From the NCBI GenBank assembly GCA_964270895.1, contig OZ185436.1: a DNA stretch of 64,000 bases, one strand, 5' to 3'. This document shows, one piece after another, positions 60,635 to 64,000 of this stretch (positions are counted from its first letter, which is position 1; each line of letters starts with the position of its first letter). The notes beneath the pieces are model-generated. The model saw only the letters and a list, made by a program, of their open reading frames with translations. It searched no databases and was not told the DNA's origin. This DNA comes from Podarcis filfolensis. Taxonomy: Eukaryota. The translations under genes and the position numbers were made by a program.

Positions 60635-61048
60635 CTTGGGCAACTGACAAGCCTTATGAGGAGCGCTTGAAGGAGCTAGATATGTTTAGCCTGGAGAAGA
60701 GGAGAGTGAGAGGAGATATGATAGCCATCTTCAAATATCTTAAGGGCTGTCAGACAGAAGAGGGAGCATGCTTGTTTTCTCCTGCTCTGGAGGGTAGGCC
60801 TTGAACCAATGGCTTCAAGTTACAAGAAAGGAGAATCCAACTAAACATCTGGAAAAACTTTCTGAAACTAAGAGCTGTTGAGCAGTGGAACAGACTCCCA
60901 CAACACATAGTGGACTCTCCTTCCTTGGAGATTTTAAAGCGGAGGTTGATGGCCATCTGTCATGGATGCTTTAGCTGAGATTCCTGCATTGCAGGGCGTT
61001 GGACTAGATGACCATTGAGGTCCCTTCCAACTCTCAAGATTCTATGAT
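60635..61048 (+). mobile_element. CR1 LINE 3' fragment
   Basis: [35 protein letters not shown]-terminus, then CR1 3' UTR ending attctatgat. Confidence 0.92.
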
Positions 61049-61109
61049 AAGATAGGACTTTCCTATTGTATGTAGCATTACTGCTTGATAAACTTAATCT
61101 TATATATAT

Positions 61110-61480
61110 ATTTAAAGTAACATTTTATTGATTTTCCAAAAATAACAAAAGTAAAAACAACAACAATACAAAAGCAAAACAAATTGACTTCCCTCTAATC
61201 CCTTCCTTGGCACTATTATTTATCAACATACTGCATGTCTGTTGTTAAATTTTAACCTATTAAAATCCCTATTATCCATTCATAACAAAATTACAAGTAA
61301 TCTTAAAACCCTGCTAATGTGTACATTGCTTCTGTAAATATGCAATAAACATCTTCCATTCTTCCTTAAATTAGTTGTCGTCTCTTCCTCTTAGTTTCAT
61401 AGTCAATGATAAACTTGATAAACTTTCTCATCCCCCTTCTCTGACCATAGAGATCTAGATATTGTTGATGATATGTAATT
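61110..61480 (-). mobile_element. L1/Tx1-like LINE 3' fragment
   Basis: Minus strand reads ...EEWKMFIAYLQKQC..., followed by T-rich 3' UTR; boundaries approximate. Confidence 0.55.
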
Positions 61481-61615
61481 CCACTATCCCTACCATTTTA
61501 AAGCTAATTTTTGAGGGGAGCTTTATGTTTTATTTTTTAAATAGCATATCTGGTCACATCCACACCACATATTTAAAGCACCCAGCTTCCCCAAAATAAT
61601 CATGGGAACTGTATT

Positions 61616-62113
61616 TTTTGGGGGATGGAATAAGGCTGCATGCCCGAGGCCCTTCTAATTCATGGATCCAACAAGGATTCAATCGCTCAAATAGTCTGAC
61701 AGACTTCTTAGTAATGGCTCATGTGTAGGTCATTAAGATAGCAAAGGAAGTGGCTATGTGCCAGAAAGCAAATGGTTGGATCCCGCTCCCTTAACTGTTT
61801 GTTAGTTAGAAATACAAAAGCCAGAGTTGTGTGTGAGAGCTAGAAGCAGGCTGGGCAGCTGAGAGCCACAACCATGCCTGCTGGATTTCTGCTGTAATCC
61901 AAGATTTGGGTATAGGAGAAACACAACCTTCTTGGAATGTTAATGTTGTGAGCCCCTCCACCATAGGCTCAGGTTGTATATAGGTGTAAATAAACCATAT
62001 ATCCTAAAGATCACAGTTTCCACTGTCCCTCATTCAAAGGAAACAGAACCCTGGGTCATTGACTGGAACTCCTAGAATCTCGCACTGCTTGGAGATTGGG
62101 ATGACATGCAACA
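61616..62113 (+). mobile_element. Putative solo LTR
   Basis: About 500 bp ending gcaaca; TATA-like tatatag near 61976, AATAAA at 61989; flanks gtatt / gta(at). Confidence 0.45.
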
Positions 62114-62116
62114 GTA

Positions 62117-62358
62117 CAGTGGTACCTCGGGTTACATATGCTTCAGGTTACATACACTTCAGGTTACACACTCCGCTAACCCAGAAATAGTGCTTCAGGT
62201 TAAGAACTTTGCTTCAGGTTGAGAACAGAAATCGTGCTCTGGCGGCGCGGCGGCAGCAGGAAGCCCCATTAGCTAAAGTGGTGCTTCAGGTTAAGAACAG
62301 TTTCAGGTTAAGAACGGACCTCCGGAATGAATTAAGTACTTAACCCGAGGTACCACTG
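62117..62358 (+). mobile_element. Tc1/mariner MITE, family B, copy 3
   Basis: TA|cagtggtacctcgggtta...taacccgaggtaccactg|TA. Confidence 0.88.
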
Positions 62359-64000
62359 TAATTTACTGGTACCTCTCACAGAGCTTCAGTTCCTAGCATC
62401 TTTAATAAACTACAGCTCCCAGGATTATTTGGGAGGTAAGCCACGTGCTTTAAATGTGTGATGTGAATATGACCTGCATTGCTCCAAAACCCTGAAAAAT
62501 AACAGTTATACTTACCACTTTGGCAATTCATGAATCTGTGAAACTGAAAAAAGCAAAGGCTTTTAAAATGGGACATTTTCAGCACATTTTTTTTACCCCT
62601 TCCTCACAGGTGGGGGAGGGGAGGGGAAAAGAAACGAGGACATGGTTTTTCTCTCTCTAACCCTGAAGTATTTTTTTTCAGCCGTACTAATAACAACCAG
62701 CTATTTTCAGAGAATGGGATAATCATTCTGAATAGGTGTCAGGATTGCTGTCCTACAGGTCAGAGCTACCCTTCTCCCTATTGTTGAAATGCCTTGGAAA
62801 ATGATAAGCTGGAGTTGTTTTAGATACAGTAAGTTTAGCAATTTAATCTGATTTTGTAAGTGCTAAAATGTTAAGTGCCCATTTGTTGCTGGAAATAGAC
62901 ATGTGTCAACAAATTCAGTTTAGGCTGACAGCAGTTCACTGACCTCTATGCCATGAGTTTGCTTCCTTCCAAAGTAATAAAAGCCATTGTCAAGGGCAAT
63001 TACATTCCCCTGCAGAACTGTCAATGGCAGAAGGCATAAAATATGAATTTACTTATCCAGGTCAGATTTGACAATAGTTTAACTTCCCCATAGTTTTATT
63101 GCAGTGGGCTATAGAAATATGTGCACTGAATTGGACTGAGAATGAGAATAGGTTGTTTTTAACTGAAACAGTGGACAAAACATGTCAACAACTACGTGTC
63201 TAAAAAGCTTATGGGAACGAAAATGTTTTAAACAGGTGCCAAAAACAGTACAGCAAAGGAGCATAGCTAATGTGTAGATTCTATACCTTATGTATAGTTT
63301 ATATGCCAAAATATCTCACCCCATAACTCTACAGAGTCTTCAGGAAGGCTTATAACATTGCACAATAATTTCAACAGTCACAAAAACAAACTCTAAAAAA
63401 ATAGAATCATAATTTGAGCAGCATATAAAATGGCCTCAATTATTGAAATTTAATCTGGTTCACTGTCTCCTCCCCCAAAATTTCTGATGGAATAAAAAAG
63501 TTTTATCAGTTTCCTAAAAGCAGTGTTGGAGCTGGTCTACCAGGCATCCCTGGAACAGAGTTCCTACGATCACCTGGAGCAAAGTTGTCAAGGGCTTTAA
63601 TGGTTAAAACCAGCACTTTGAATTATGCCTACAACTGAACTGGGAGTTGCTGCTGTTATTTCAGCACAGCCTTGTCCTGTGATTGGTTAGCTGCTGCTAA
63701 TAAATGGGTGTCTGCATTTGGCATTGAATCTCTCTTTGCATATCTCTGAGATGAGTATTAAAAATAATAATTCTGCAGCATTGATCTGTTTTGCAGGGCG
63801 GTTCTTAAATGGTACAGTACTTTCTGTCCTTCAAGCAATGCTATAATAACCACCACACCGTGCTTATCCACTGAGCCAATGAGGAAAAAACAAGCAAAGA
63901 CTCCCAGCAGCAAATCAATTCTCAATATTGTCAATACGTTGCATGTTGAAAGAAGACTGCAATAATAGGTGGAGCCACTAGATGTCCACATTTTAGCAAA

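Noticed and set aside
63797-63965. Possible plus-strand terminal exon (ttttgcag|G, 55 open codons) of a divergent gene
   Set aside because: Peptide not recognised and no connecting coding exons found; needs tblastn or RNA-seq.
62500-64000. 3' end of PPARG, expected by synteny
   Set aside because: No nuclear-receptor coding sequence or recognisable UTR on the minus strand; presumably beyond the window.

Overview
Vertebrate genomic DNA, not prokaryotic. The repeat content (Sauria SINE, Squam3-type SINE, CR1, L2, hAT and Tc1/mariner MITEs) points to a squamate reptile, most like a lacertid lizard; this is an inference. Four spliced genes alternate in orientation, matching the conserved RAF1-MKRN2-MKRN2OS-TSEN2 block. 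(1) The 3' part of RAF1 (+): 13 constitutive coding exons, 261-17783, with the 5' exons outside the window. It also has a 60-nt in-frame cassette exon at 4577-4636 and a U12-type intron at 11229-11943. (2) Complete MKRN2 (-): 8 exons, 420 aa. (3) Complete MKRN2OS (+): 4 exons, 217 aa. (4) Complete TSEN2 CDS (-): 11 coding exons, 440 aa. All exons were read by hand, have GT-AG boundaries and join in frame; the ORF track misses most of them. The best candidate for an under-described system is MKRN2OS. It carries an H-x-G-I ... Y-x5-N-C motif pair resembling permuted papain-fold (PPPDE/DeSI-like) isopeptidases and lies head-to-head with the RING E3 ligase MKRN2 across one CpG island. Both tail-to-tail junctions carry opposed polyadenylation signals, and the TSEN2 promoter shows signs of a divergent spliced transcript. 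No CRISPR array, rRNA or intact tRNA gene was found. Comparisons to human or chicken sequences are from memory and need alignment.
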